Below are positions 13,814 to 28,749 of a stretch of 64,000 nucleotides of DNA, one piece after another; the first letter of the stretch is position 1, and every line of letters starts with the position of its first letter. The notes beneath the pieces were generated by a model, which searched no databases, had not been told where the DNA came from, and saw only the letters and a program-made list of their open reading frames with translations. Location: contig NC_087437.1 in the NCBI RefSeq assembly GCF_036321535.1, positions 103,108,001 through 103,172,000 of the forward strand. The letters run 5' to 3'. The stretch is from Camelus dromedarius (taxonomy: Eukaryota). Made by a program: the position numbers and the translations under genes.

Positions 13814-16800
13814 GTTTAGATTATTATATTTAATGCAGTTATTGATATAATTTCATTTAGGTCCACAATTTCATTTTTTTCTGCTTTTACCCCTTGTATT
13901 CCCATATTATACTCTTATTTTCCTGCCTTCTTTTGAGGTGTTTGAAAACTTCAATATTTCATTTTAATTTGTGTATTGGTAGTATATCTTTGGATTGTGT
14001 TTTATTCTTGTTTTATTTTGCTTATTTTCTTTAGGGGTCATGATATACAAACTCGACATTTCGCAGTCTATATTGAGTTAATAATCTGACACTTTACATT
14101 AAATGTAAAAACCTTGCAACCATATAGGTACCTTTATAAGTGCTCCACACTGATCTGTTTTTGTTATTGATGTCATATGTATCACATCTATATTCATATT
14201 CGTGGAAAATCTCACTAGAAATGATGATAATTTTTGTTTTAAAGAGTTATAAATATATTAAGGAACTGAAGAGAAAAAACTGTTATTTATTTATTTATCC
14301 CTTTACCATTTCTTTTTGTCTTTCCTCCATCCTGCATCCAAAGATCTAGATTTCCCTCTGCTATTATTGACCTTCAGCCAGAAGATTCTTCCCCATTTCT
14401 TGTAGAGCATAGTTTTCAGGACAGAGTCTATTATTATAATTTTTTTTTCATCTGAAAATGTTCTCCCTCTCTGTCATTCCTGAAGGTTTTTTTTCCCTGG
14501 AAAGAAATCTGGGTTGATGTGATTCACTGTCTTTTAGCCTCCTTGGTTTCTGATGATAAATCCATGATAATTTGAAATATATATCCCTTGCATGCCATGT
14601 GTCACTTTTCTAAAGCTGCTTTCAAGTTATTTTCTTTACCTTTAAGTTATTCATAGCTTTAACTAGGATGTGTCTAAACGTGGCTGTCTTTGAGTTTATC
14701 CTTTTTGGAGTGTACTGAATTTCTTGAATCTGTAGTTTTATACTTGTCAATATATTTGGGCAGTTTTTGACCCTATGTCTTCAAATATTTGTCCTGTCCT
14801 AATCTCTTTCTCATCTCTAGAATTCCACTCACATGTCTTAATGATCTGTGAGACACATGTATGTTAGAACTTTTGTCTCAATGATCAGTGAGAAGAACAA
14901 TGAGAAATAAGATATATGTTAGAACTTTTGTCTCAATCATCTGTGAGACACTGTTTCTCTACCTCAGCTTTAGCTGAGGCTTAAAGTTAGATGTTCAGAT
15001 TTTTAATAGTATTCTTTATCTGTAAGAAGAATAATTCTCCTTATGTAGACTGAATTTCAGGTAAAGCAAAGGAAAATGTTTTATATTTTAAGATGAATAA
15101 ATACACTATCAGATTTTAATCATGCATTTAATTGACATATTTCCTTTTTTTTCAATCTCTAAATAAAAGGAGTTTCTCTTGCAGATCTAAAAACACATGA
15201 ATTCTGTACTTAAGCTACCATCTCTTTTTTTCTCCCCATGATGAATTCCTTTTAAATATCTGTTACAAATTATTTATAAGTCTCTTGAAGTCTAGCTTCC
15301 TCTTTGATTAATCCAGATTCTTTATAGTATGTCTTCATATGCTTTAATCAAAATGCTCTGTTTTTTCACAAATTTACTCATGAACTCCAGGACAATACTA
15401 AATATGTTGGGAACCCAGCTCATTTTTCAAACCTTATACTACATTTAAGCATAAATTTTAACTTTGGCAAGATGTAAATTTGCCCATGTATGTGCTCAAA
15501 CTCTATTGTATGTATATGAGATCACCTTCTAGGTACTTACTATAATTTATTAAAACTGAGTCATGTAAAAAATGTTTAAAGTGGATGAACATAATGGTGA
15601 GAACTTATGGTAAGTCATGTAAATATGAAAAGATAATTCATACTTAAGTAGAAAATAAAATAATTATTCATCTCAATAGCATTCATTGCTAAAATTCAGA
15701 CTTTATTCATGTGGTAGGAACAGAGAAAAATGCCACTATGTTATCATTTGTCTATAGTTATTATTTGGGGGTATGGAATTAAATAATCATTTAGAATATG
15801 TAACCATGGTTATAATTTAAAATTTAGCAGTTTTCTCTCTTTCATTTGTAAGTAAACTTAAAAGTAATTTCACTTATAAGTAACTTTGTTGTGAATTGGT
15901 GTCATTATATTTTGAAAGTCAGAACACTTTTTTACACCTACAATACTACTGGTTGTAATAAATCTTATACTCTTCCTTTATGAAGATTAATAGAAATTCT
16001 AGTGGGATAATGTAACACAACAACCATGATTAGTACTGGCGCTATCAGATAAGCTTATTTCTTCGTAATTAAAGCCTGTGTCATTATAAAATAGGATATT
16101 TTATTTAGTGACAATATTATAGTAATAAAAATTTAATGTAATGAAATGTAATATCATGAAAAAGTATTAGTGTAAATAAACATTGATATGTTAGAAATGG
16201 TAAGAATATTTTTATTCTCTTTCTTTAATTCAAAACAGTATAGAAATTATGAGGATTACAAAGAAATTATACAATGTGACAAAAACTTTACCAGGATAGT
16301 CTTTACTACGTGATTCAGGAAACTACACTGTATTATTGCTAAGAATGAGTAGAAAAGAATGGAGCCATTTATAATTTGATACCAACCACATTTATTATTA
16401 TAGCACTGAACTTAAGGTGTTTAGACTGCACTTTTTTTTTTTTTGTTCAAAACCTCTTTTGTGTTTCAGTTTAGGCAGATTCCTTGGCATCCCACCAGTT
16501 AATTTTCAACATTTCAAAGGCATTACCCTTTCTAAGAAGCACAAGTTGAACTAAAGTTCCAATTTATAAAACCAAGGAGATAACAGGCATGTGACATGTA
16601 GTTTAATACAGTAAGCACCAATTACATAGTATGTTTGATTACAATTACAATATCATTAAGTTGTGTTACTAGGTACTCATTACTTATTACCTATTAGACT
16701 TAATTATTTTATGTGGTAAGTTTAATTTAACAGCTACGTGGTAACAATGCCTGTTAAGAAATACTGAACTTTTCATTTACATTTTTTCCCATTGAGCTCT

Positions 16801-17842
16801 CTGCACCTGCTTTTATTTCTTATTAGATAAATAGCAATATCTAAGTGAATTTTTCTTCTGTGGTATGAAAGTCATTAGCAAAATGTCAAAAACCTTTTAA
16901 GGATATAGAGATATGAATTACTCTTATAACATAGATTCATGTTACTTCCATACTTATATGGATTCCATAGAATTAATAAAACTTTGTTTTATCACACAAT
17001 TATTTTCTTACGTTTTGCAATCTCTCAAAATAACTAATTCCAATAGCGTGCTCTGCTGCATGTACAGGATGCAGTAGGGAAGATCTGACCACGATTTTAA
17101 CATTTAAAAAAAGTATCTCAGTATACTCTTAGAAATAAGAAAAATTCCTTATTGATAGCAGACACACATTTTATACCTGTGATTAAAATCTTGTCTTATG
17201 ACCTACCTTGTCCATTCACCAAAATACATTTAAATTGTTCAGACTTTAAAGAAGATGGCTCATTTGCAGAAGTAAATTGATTCTAATGTCAGCAACTATT
17301 TAGATTTTATATCCAGCATGATGATTTCAAGGACAGCATCTGAAAGAAATAAAAAGTGTATCTCTACATCCAGAAGATAAGAAGAACAAGGACATTAAAA
17401 GAGAAAGGTGAAAAAAATCTCTTACTGCTCAGCTGTATTTTTTTAACCCAAACTTTACATGAGCCTTTTGGGAAAATTTGAAATATCACATTCTTCATGT
17501 GCACAGATACTATAATTTACTCTAGTTTTAGCACATTTTTGTCTATCTCTGACAGATATCATTTGATTTAGATTAAATCATGTTAAAATGTACTTCAGAG
17601 ATTATGACGATGAAAAGTTAAGGAATTTTAGGAAATACCCTTTTAGAGGATAAATCTTAGACATGAACAAACAAATATTAGTCATTTTGTGTAACTACTG
17701 GATTTATCACTAGCTCTTGGCACCTGCGTAACTTAATTGTCCAGAAATATCAAACTCTCCCTACAATTTGCCACAGCTTTCTGCCCCTCCTCTAGAATGA
17801 AGACCGTGTCCCAGGGATCCTAGTTCTCACTGGTACAGTGAA

Positions 17843-18166
17843 TGTCTTAGCTTGGACTGCTATGCCGAAATCTCATAAACTGGGTGGCTTAAAGACAGCC
17901 ATTTAATTTTCATGACTCTGGGCTGGAAGGCCAAGATCAAGATGCCAGACTACTCAGGGTCTTGGTGATATGTCTTCACGTGGCCTTTCCTTGGGGCATG
18001 AAGGTGGGAAGAGAGACACCTCCAATCTCTTCCTCCTTCTTCAAGGGTGTTAATCCTGGTGATTACGTCATCTAAAATTAATGCCTTCCAAAGGCCCCAC
18101 CTACACATACGGTCACACTGAGGATTGGGGATCAACATATCAATTTGGAGGAGACACAAAAATTCA
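17843..18166 (-). mobile_element. MLT1A-like MaLR solo LTR
   Basis: 'tgtcttagcttggactgctatg...aaactgggtggcttaaa...ccaagatcaagatgcc...tttggaggagacacaaa'. Confidence 0.8.
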
Positions 18167-18575
18167 TTTCTGGGAATGATCTTTCTGGATTTGACAGAGA
18201 GGACCACCTCACAGAGGGAACTAGCACAGAACTTCACAGGATGAGGCTGCACACTGGGACCACATCCTCCTCTTCCTTAGCATGTGGTGCCAGCAGGTTT
18301 ACCTTGTTGGAGTTACTACCTGACCCCTTAGTCCTTAATAGCATGACCATCCAAAGTTAAGGTACTTTTCTTGAAAAAGACCATTCTAACAACTTGAATC
18401 CCAGCAGCCAGAGCTCTGTAGCCATAAATCCTTAAATCCTCTCAATGTTGTTACCTAATTTCAGTGAAGCAAAGGCAAGGACTAGCTTTTCCTAATATTG
18501 TGAATGTATTGTTGATACCTGTCCATGGACTTAAGCCAGCTCACAGTTTGTGATGATTTAAACTGCTATCTAGTT

Positions 18576-18576
<1 letters not shown>

Positions 18577-18607
<31 letters not shown>

Positions 18608-18683
18608 TATACATACACATATACTTGCATACATATATATATACACAAACACATAAAATTTATATACATAGTTCATATATATA
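18577..18683. repeat. Compound (TA)n/(CA)n microsatellite
   Basis: Directly visible. Confidence 0.9.
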
Positions 18684-19109
18684 TTGGGCTTTACTAAAAT
18701 AATATTTAAATGTCTTATTATTAGCAGCTGGTCTTAGATATTAATGAATCTGCTTGATCTGATTCTAAGTCATTGGTCACATCATTTAATTACCCAAGCT
18801 TCAGTTTCCTGATATGTAAAGAGGAAGAGATGGGTCTAAACTTATTTTATGAATTTAAGCCTACTGAGGTTGGGATCTTAATTACATTTTTTTTTCGTTC
18901 AACAGTATTTATCAGGCGTGCACTACACACCAAGCACTTTTCCAGGTGTTAACTATGTAGAATTATAATAAAGCAAGCAAGAACACTTGACTTTATGGAC
19001 CTTACATTCTAGCAAGGAAAACCAGTGATAAAACAAAATAGCAAACTATATAGTATAAGAATCAGGGAAAATGGCTAAGGGAAAAAATAAATAAAGTAGG
19101 GCAGGGAAA

Positions 19110-19500
19110 TGGGTATTCCATCAGCTAATGTCACAATAAATGTACATAATAAACACTCCCAAAGTCAGTGACAGGCAATATTAATTCTCATGCTCAGTTG
19201 GAATTGGCTGACCCAGGCGGCCCTTGAATAGGGAGCTCTGCTTCAACCAGCAATGCTTAACTCCATGTGACAGTCCAGTAACACTAGAAACCAGGCTGCA
19301 GAGGTGGCCACTAGAGGGAAGAAGCTATATCACAGTGATGGCAGAAACATGAGAGAACAACTCAATAATGAAAGCAACTTGTAAGTGTTTGCTCATGTCA
19401 TGTGGTTAAGCCTAACATCAATCCAGCAGGGAAATACACCCCTCTTCTACTGGGAGGGCTTTTGGAGAGAATATTTGCTGAATAAAATCAGCCATATCAG
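19110..19500 (-). mobile_element. Probable ancient MLT1-family LTR
   Basis: 'ataataaacactcccaaagtcagtgac...attctcatgctc' and 3' 'cagggaaatacacccctct...atatttgctgaataaaatc'. Highly diverged. Confidence 0.4.
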
Positions 19501-22500
19501 AAGCACATGCCTATGAGTGAAATTTCAGGTAGTTAATTTAAAAAGAATATTCAGGTTGTGAAAATAGTTACGTTTACATGTTTCTCTAAATTGCTTTAGA
19601 CTTGCTTACATAATCATCGCATATTGAATAAGAAAAACCAACATAATTTTCAATAAGTTGTTTTAAGGACATTAAAGAAGTAAATGATACTTCTGTATCT
19701 TCATTTAAGAACCTTCATAATCATTACCTAGTTTCATAATATTCATTGTATGACACTAGAAATAGTATATTATTAATGTTTTTCAAAGATGCAAAATGAT
19801 TGAAAGGACATAAAATATTACACTGTATCTAGAAAACTGGAGTCTACCTATATGGAACAACATAGAAAGTACAAAATAACATATAATTTAATGCACTTAT
19901 AATTAAATATGTGTCACAGAGATTATACAGCTGAGCAGTAATAGAGAAAAAAATCTTCTGTTGGATTTTTATAACTGTTGGTATCTCAGAATGCTTCATA
20001 AATAGCAAGATTTCAGAGAGTTCCTATAGATACAAATAATTCAATGATAATCATGTTTAGGAAATTTTGATTTTTCTTGGGCCTGCTGAAAAGTCTCCTA
20101 TGATTATAAGAGCAATTATCAATGCAGGCAGTCTAATACCATAAAATACATCCTATTTTTTGATGCATTTATTTGTATGTGTGTGTGATTTTCTCAAACT
20201 TCTTACTATGGTTAATTTTTGTTACCAATACTCTGGGTCATCAATGCTAAAATAATTGATTTAAAAATTTTTCTTGCCCTGTGCAATATTTCTCATTATA
20301 ATTGCTTATTTTAATTATTTAAAAAAGATCTTTATTTTAGTTTTTACCTAATAATAAGAATTAGATATGTAAAAATTCCAGATCATATCTTAATAAACCA
20401 AGATAACAATGTTATTTGGATATTTGCACATTTATTTTAAAATTTTATTTAATTTTTTTTGGTTTGGCACAATTAGATATTCTTTTCTAGAATGAGTAAA
20501 AACTTTTCCACTGTGAATTTATATCCACAGAGACAAGCTTATTTCTAACATCTCTCTTTTTCTGAGGAGAAGAAGATACACATATCTGTGATTTTTCAGA
20601 AGCTCTCTGGGAAATCCCAAAGATATTTTTGCATGTAATCGATATCCTAAAATCTGTATTTTGTTTCTTCCTAAATTTAGAGTTTTATTTTGGAAAATCA
20701 AAATCAAAGGCACTATCACAGATTTGTTCACTTGGCTGAATTAGAATTATAGGTGTCTGAGAAACTGTGTAGTTACCTATTTAATCAAATTGACAATAAA
20801 AAAAATTTTAAATAAACATAAAAGGTTAAAAATTGCTTACTTGATTAATTTTGTTAGGTATGTTTCACATTCAGACTACGATTTTCAATGGGTTCTTGCT
20901 TCTTTTAATTATACTTTTAAATTAACCGATAATATTAAATCCATTAATATTATTATAAAACTATCAAATATTTGTAACATAAATGTTGTACATAATAGTA
21001 TAGTACCAGCTGCTTTATATTTATTGCCGTATTCTTTCATTAAATTGATAGTTATTAGTGCTTAAAGTATATTCACCCTAGGGAAACAAAAATAAAGAGT
21101 ACACATTTTTTAGCTTAAAAAATACTATCTAAAAGGGGAAACCCATGTCAATAAACTATCATTTTAAGAGAGGCTGTACATTTTTTGGTTTTCATTTACT
21201 ATGATGCGATGCTCCAAAATGTATCACATGTGATTCATTTCTAGTCATAACTTGAATTGCTTTATTTATTCTACTTGGCTCAAATTATTTTGCCCTATTA
21301 TGTAAAAAGCATTAAATTTTGATGATAATTTATCACCTATTTAACTAAAAAATTATTCTAACTAAGTACACATTAAATATATACAATATATGTCAACATA
21401 AACAGTAGTTAAGGAGAAAGAAATTATCTAAATCCAATTAAATAATACTTTGGTTATTTGAAAGTTGCAAATATGTGACAATTTGTTACCAATGTTCAGT
21501 TTTCAATTAAGAGACTTAAAAGGATGTAGAAAAAGTTTACGTAATTCCTACATTTCAGTCTTTCAGCTCAAAGGGGATAAATATAAAGGTAAAATGGTGT
21601 CAATAATATTATCTAAGGTAATGTAATTGCTATTAAATTTGTTAATTATATAACATGCTTAAAATATTGATGGCCAGTCATAAGCATCACATTAGCTATT
21701 ATCATCATCATTGTCTCCAGCATTGTTTATACTACTGTGATGATGATGATAGTGATGATGCAGGCAATAATACTGAGTTTTTCTTGTTTGTGTTCCATTG
21801 TTGTGACCCAGCCACTCCATTATGCATAAAATAAGCAACATTCTAGATGTGCAGCCAAGGACTTGAAGATATACTAGTGAAAAGGTTTTAATTTGCTTTT
21901 GATTTTTTTTAAGTCATCAGGGTTTGATAGAGCTGGGGAGTTTAAGGAATTAATTAAATTTGTGGAGCTATTTTTACCACATATAAAATGAATGATCTAG
22001 ACATCAAGTTAAATCACTAGATAAGCAATTTGCATTTTATGATAGTTTTCCTTTCAATTTTAATAATGGGGCAAACTTTAAAGCTGTTTGACATCAATAA
22101 GCACAAATTACATGTGTTACAGAATGTACTACTACTAAATCAAATTCTGAAGAAAATAACATTATTGTTATTTGTAAAACAACTTTCACACTGCTTTATC
22201 TGTATCAGCAGCCACTCTTCTTTTGATAACTCGGAAATTTTTGTGAAAGAGATTCGCTTAAGCTTTGTATCCTGAATTTGTATGTGAAATTCTGCATTAT
22301 CATCATCATCATCACCATCATAATACAGTCTTTAAAATACTGTAGCCTTTTCTGGAAAATTCAATTATATAAAGCAACAACAGAGAACAGAATAGCCATA
22401 GGTGGTGCAATACTTTTATTAGTATTTGAATGAATGATTTAAGGAGGAGAGAGATTAGGACAAGGCAAAGAAGAATAATAGAAAGAGGAATAATTCACCT

Positions 22501-25500
22501 TACTTATGATCAAACTTTTCTTGTGATCAGTAATACTTAAGGCACTAATAACAGTCAAATTAAAGAGAAACTCAGCATATGCTTTGAAGTCACATATAGG
22601 AATATATTAATATAAATGATGCTTATGACTTCAGGGCTATAAAATATGCTGAGCTTTTATTCATAACTTGGCTGTTCAAGTTTAGTACAGGAAATGCACA
22701 CCTAGTGTATGGTTAGTTGGCAATAAGCACACATCTAATTTCATATTCCATGTAGCCATTAGAATTCCCATGACACATGGACTGAATTCAGTTAATTGCC
22801 GTAGCTGATTCTGCATATGAGTGAACATACAGCAGAACTAAATCTATGAAATTATTAATTGAATTACCCTCTAAATGTGCCAAAGGATATATTAGTTTAT
22901 ATTCCCTTGGTAGTTGCCCTCCGCATAAATCAAATGAGAAAACTTAATGACTGAAAAAAGAGTCGAGGTGTTTTAGATATATTTTAAAAAATGTACAGTT
23001 AATTCTTAGCCAGTTAAGGGGTTGGCTTCTTCACAAAATAGGCAATAGGAGTCTGTGGAAGACAATGCATGATTATGGAGTTTAATACAGGATTGAAGTA
23101 CCAGGTTCTGTGATTTTAGGAAATTCAAGCAAACATCTCTACACTTTGCTTCCTCTGTTAAGTAGAGTGATATTATCTAGAATACATACTTTCCTATGTT
23201 TTCATTCATTTCAATTAACTCTCGTTTACTGAGTATCTACTGAGTGTCAAATATAAAGTCAGGTGCTGTACAGAACTGTGAGAAAGGCAGCATCACCTTT
23301 GGTCTCATGGAATTTATGTTTTAATTAGGGGGATGGAGCACACACAACTATATTCATATGAAATATGTAAAAAAAAAAAAAGTAGTTCGACAGATGAGAC
23401 AGCAAGTGCAAAAGGCTGAGAGCAGGAGAGAGTTAGGGATGGTTAGGGTTTAAGGAACAGAGTTAACCTGGAGTCAAGGTCACGGGAATAGACATAGGCT
23501 AGCTAATTTCAAACTTCATAAATCATCATAAAAGTTTTCGATTTAAGAGGTGTGAAGAGAATTTTGGGAAAAGTTTAAACAGGATAATAACATTATCTTA
23601 AAATAGAAACTGGTAGGCCAGTAAGCTGGTAAGGACAGCACTTCTAAAATTGGCCAGGTAGTGATTATGGCTTTGATGGGGAGGTAATAGACAGAAGCAA
23701 ACGGTATCTTTCTATACTGTGATTTATGGTGAGGAATGAATGCCAAAGCTTTTAAAATTGAATATTCTATTATACAATAAAATTATTGTTGCTAGTATTT
23801 GTGGTTCTTAAGATCTAATATTAAAGGAAAATTTGAAAAGTTTATATCATAGAATATGATGACTAGAAGAAAGAATAGTACTTCACCACAGTATGTAAAT
23901 AATTTGGAGAGCATGCAAGCAAGACAAATATACTATAATACCAATACTGTTTACAAGGGCAATACATACTGTGTTATCAGTATCAGTTTAAAAGACTTAA
24001 ATTTATTTTTCATTGATTGTGAAGCTTACCCTAACAAGGCTTTTCAATTATATTCACAAAATGGATAGTACTTTGTATAGTGAGGTTGAATAGTGAGTTG
24101 CCTGATTGTATTAATCATGAACCTGTAAAAATTCAAGTCAAAGATTTTTCTACGTCAGTTCCCACAGCTTGTGCTGTGTTTTGTGATCAGCTCCAGTCTT
24201 CTCACAAGTACTCAGAATTCAGGAATCCAGGCCAGCCCTCAACAAGAAGTGAGACTATACTCAGGTCACAGGAACCAACCACCAATAAATCATGTTCAGG
24301 AAAAAAAAAAAAAAAAAGAAAAGGACTTCAGAGTCTTAGAGCAAATGACAAGAGAAAGTAAAAAGCTTTTAATCAAGTCAGGAAGTCTTGTAAAGTGACA
24401 GGAAGGCAGGAAGGAAGGAAGGAAAGGAAACAAACCAAAGGAAAAGAATTAAATATCAGGACAGGAGCAACTTTGCACTAAGTTGAAGGAAGTCCTTAAA
24501 GTTTCTTTGATGTCTCCTGCTATGCTTGGAAGTATATTTTTCCTGGACCCAACATTGAAGAAGTGACAAAATCAGATCCTGGCAAGCCTTTCTCTTTCCT
24601 CTTAGGCTGGCCACTTTAAACCAGAAATTCAGTCAAGGTCATGTGTGTAAGTACAGTTGAAATGGTCTAGCTCAGCCTTCTGCCTGTAACAGCTGCCATT
24701 TAATTAAATCTAAATAATATCTCCTTAGAGATCTGTCCACTGTGATAATAGCTAAGAGAACATAGTTCCTTGATTTTTAAAGTCTGTAGTCACTTTACAT
24801 CCAGTTTAAAAAATCCCCTTCTTACAGTCTATGCAGTAATATATACATTTTTATTAATCATGTAACCATTAACTAGACATGGAAGCCTGAAGATAATATA
24901 CTTTCCAATATTTTTCACCAACTAGGACCTCTTATATTATTTTTTCTTGTGAATTCTCTGGTTTTAAAGATATTAACTTAGTAAAATGACATTTATTAAA
25001 GAGAGATTATTCTTCATTTTCATTATATATTCATGAATAGGTATATATATATTTAATATATTCAATACATATATATAGTCATGTAAGTATATGTATGTGT
25101 ATATGGTAAACTACCAACAAGAGGCTTTTAAACACATGAAATAATTAGTATTACTCAAGGGCTTTATATAGTTTTAGCCAAAAGTAAATGTCACCTTTTA
25201 TATGATCTGCTGCCTCTTTTTATATGGTAAATATTATAACCCTCTTTATATTTTTAAAAACTTGTGCCAGACTCATGCTTTCTCTGTTAGTGAAGTCTTA
25301 GAGATAAAGAAAACCAGCTCAACTCAATAATTCTATAAAGAAGGAAAAGAAAATAAAAAATCCAAATTAATAAGCAAGAAACAAAGATCATATCATTGCT
25401 ATCTGGCTGAGTTGGAACTTAAATCTAATGGCAGACCTAAAGCAATTTCCAGTACAATATTTTACTTATAAACAGCAATTGCAAAATTCTGTTTTCCAGT

Positions 25501-25517
25501 GTAGTTTGTCCACTATT

Positions 25518-25543
25518 GTGTGTGTGTGTGTATGTGTGTGTGT
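25518..25543. repeat. (TG)n microsatellite
   Basis: Directly visible. Confidence 0.9.
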
Positions 25544-27559
25544 CCAGATTCTTATTGTAAGACTTGGGACAATCCATGGGAAGCAATTATCACTGTGCTT
25601 AACATAGTTTACGTGCTCACAAATGTTAAGAGGTTAAAGTCCACCCTCTTTTGGGAAGCTTTCCCTGCACATCCTAATTAGGGTCAGTGCTGATACCTTT
25701 TGAGGCAGGAACCTTACCCATTCCACTTCAATTGTACCATGTATTGCCTTGCAGTAGAAGTATTTACTTTTGCATCGGCCTGATCCACTACAAAGGATTT
25801 CCTGTTGACATGAATCCCCCACGTTTAAACAGCGCTTAGCTTAAGGAGACGCACAGTAATAACTTTGGATAATTAGTGCAGTGGCTGCCCTTCCCAGAGG
25901 TGCACATCAGAATGTTTAAGAGGAAGCCTTAGACATCTGATTCTTTTCCTCTTATGAGCTCAAAATATAATGTTGATGAATAGCGAGGGTGGCAAAACTT
26001 TTATACTAAGCAATTACATCCAGCATTTGCAAATGGATTCGTGTCAGTAAACGTAAACTTTGATATTATTTTAACCAGAGATGTGCAATCAGTTCAATCA
26101 TTAATATTTAGAAAAATGTAATATTTTGTTTCCCAAGGTAACTTATGATGGCAGTGTTTGAAATTGATGATGCAATAATGGAAAAATAGATAAACGGTTT
26201 AAGTATCAAACCATATATAACCAAAAAATCAACAAAATGCTAAATCAATCCCAATCTTTTAGAGAATATATTTAATTTTTAAACAATTTATTGTAGGAGT
26301 AAGGTATGTAGAAAAAACAGAATTGTATCATCCTTTTCATGGTAACATGGATTCAGTTTAGAATTCAGATAAAATAAGGACATTGTTTAAGGGATCAAGT
26401 ACAATATATGATACCACTATACTGTCAGAATTGAAAATGAGTTTTGCTTCCTTGAAAATATGAGTAAAAAATAACACTTTTTTTTAACTTTTAAGCATAT
26501 TACTTTCTGTGCTTTTAAAAAATAAAAATTAAGGTACTTACAATTTAATTCCAAATAGTTAATGCCTCCGAACAAGTAAAACAGATAACTTGAAATTTCT
26601 CTGAAACGATGCATATATGTGTCCACTGTAGAATGAATTCAAGTATATACATATATGCATATACATGTGTTTGTGTGTGTTTATTTATATATATATAATA
26701 TATATTTCTGGAAAGATCAAAATTGGAATGTCTTTGTTGAAAAAAGTACAGAATGAGAAAGATACCAGTATTTATGTTTGATATTTTTAGAATATAGAAG
26801 ACATTTTTGCATTTATGTTTAGTATTTTTGTTATGTCCTATTTATATTTTTATTAACAATTCCCTTTAGTCTTCATATATTCCAGAATAATCTTTTATTA
26901 GAGACAGTATATATATACTCAAGAAAAATATATGTGAATATAACTTAACAAAATACTTATTAATCTACATTTATCAGGTTCAGATATAAAAACACAATAT
27001 CCAAAATATGCCCAGCGTATGTTAGAGTTAACAGTGAGGGAAGCAATGTGATATAGTTTCACGTCTTAATGTTTCAACGGTGATTTGGAAACAGATAACA
27101 ACCTAATTTATTCATCAATGTCCTAATAGGAAGCTGAATATTGAGCTGTACTTGGGAAATTTCTGTGAATTTTCCTGATGTGAAAATTATATAGCAAATG
27201 CATTTTAAATAAAAAATATAATTAAGAAGTGTTTTAAAAGGCAATTATATTTTAACATATTAGTAAATATGCCCATTTGAGGATTAAATTTATTCTTTAT
27301 TGAGATGTCAAATGATATCTTGCATTACTTCAGGCAATTTTTTTCTTAATGCAAGAATTCACTTGTGATGATCAAGAGCAAAGTGCTGATTTAGCATATT
27401 CATAGATTCTTAATCACAAGGAGGCAAGACAGCGCTATTTTAAAATTACCTTTGAAATACAAATCTTATCTATATAAGCAGTAACCAGATTTATTTTATA
27501 CACTATTTTAATATTTCTTACTAATTCAAAATTCAAAATAGATTATCGTATTAAATGTA

Positions 27560-27623
27560 GTGACTCAGAGAAAGGCAAATATCCTATGATACCATTTATA
27601 TGCAAAATCTTAAAAAAAAAAAA
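27560..27623 (+). mobile_element. Tiny L1 3'-region fragment ending in A-tract
   Basis: 'cagagaaaggcaaatatcctatgataccatttatatgcaaaatcttaaaaaaaaaaaa'. Confidence 0.5.
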
Positions 27624-28749
27624 GGTACATATTTGTACACTCACTTATTTCCAGGTGATGCCAAAATTTATTTCCTCCATACAGCCTTTGAAGGCTTTCA
27701 TGATGTGAAAGCCCTACTTTTCTGAAAAGGCCTAATTTTCTGAAAATTAAAATTTCTGATTTATCAACATGAGATATGGCTGCATTTTTTTAGCCTGAAG
27801 TCTTCGTGTGCTGCCTCTGCCAGAGTCACATCCTTTTTCTAACAAGCAGCCCAAAACCAATTGTTCAATTTCATTAACATGCCAGTCTTGTGCCAGTGGA
27901 TATTGCTGCCTTGCTACTGTTTTGATATTTACAGAGCGTACAGTGTACAGGAATTTGGTTTCTGTTTTATTGTAGATGAGAGTTGTCAACATTTTCCCAT
28001 CTGACACCACAAATACATTTTTTAATGTGGCTTTTAGTATAGCACGTATTGCCTGTAGCACGTTGGCATTCAGCATCAGTAATTCCAAATTAAATTCCCA
28101 CTGAGATCATCAGGCAAGCAATTAGTGGCAATTGCTTGCTTTTATAAAAAAGCCAAATCATGCCCTAAGTTTATGGTTACATTATAATAAAATAATACAC
28201 ATATACACACAGATGCTGTATTGTGGACAGAGTATACTGTGAGTCAGGAATTAATCATTACATCAACATGTATGATTTTCATATTGGGCTATATTTACAT
28301 GCAAATACATTATTCATAAACCTCTCTCTAAAATATTATAATGCTAAAGAATTTATATTTCATATATAGTAAGCAGTAATAAAAATTTTATAGATAGAGC
28401 TAGAACTAGAGATGGATGCAGACGTACCTTAGCTTTTGACTTTGAATATCAGGAAGTTTGGCTTTCCTTACAGTTGCACCCCTAGTTTGTTCTATGTTCT
28501 TAGATTTTTTTCACTTAATCTTACCGGCTTTGAAAAAGCTTTTTTTTGTCTTTTCTCCTTGAAAATACATTCTGTTCAATTTAACTGAACCATTGAATTA
28601 AAAACTAAATGACAATTTAATGTCCAGTAAATGTGACATATGGTTCTGAGAACCAAGTAAGCACCTTATGTTATTCAAGTATATGCTTGTGACCAAGACA
28701 AATCTTGCACAAAGTATCTTCAGATATATGCTTATGACCGAGACAAACC

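Larger units (their letters stand above)
12300..14880 (-). mobile_element. Old L1M LINE-1 (ORF2 endonuclease through ORF1 region), interrupted
   Basis: ORF 12587-12811(-) contains KDIEDLNNTVTHLDLMDIYRAQHSMTAKYIFFSS, similar to the L1 ORF2 endonuclease (DLNNTINQLDLIDIYRTLHPTTAEYTFFSS). L1-like sequence resumes at 13350-13597 and 13814-14880. Confidence 0.8.
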
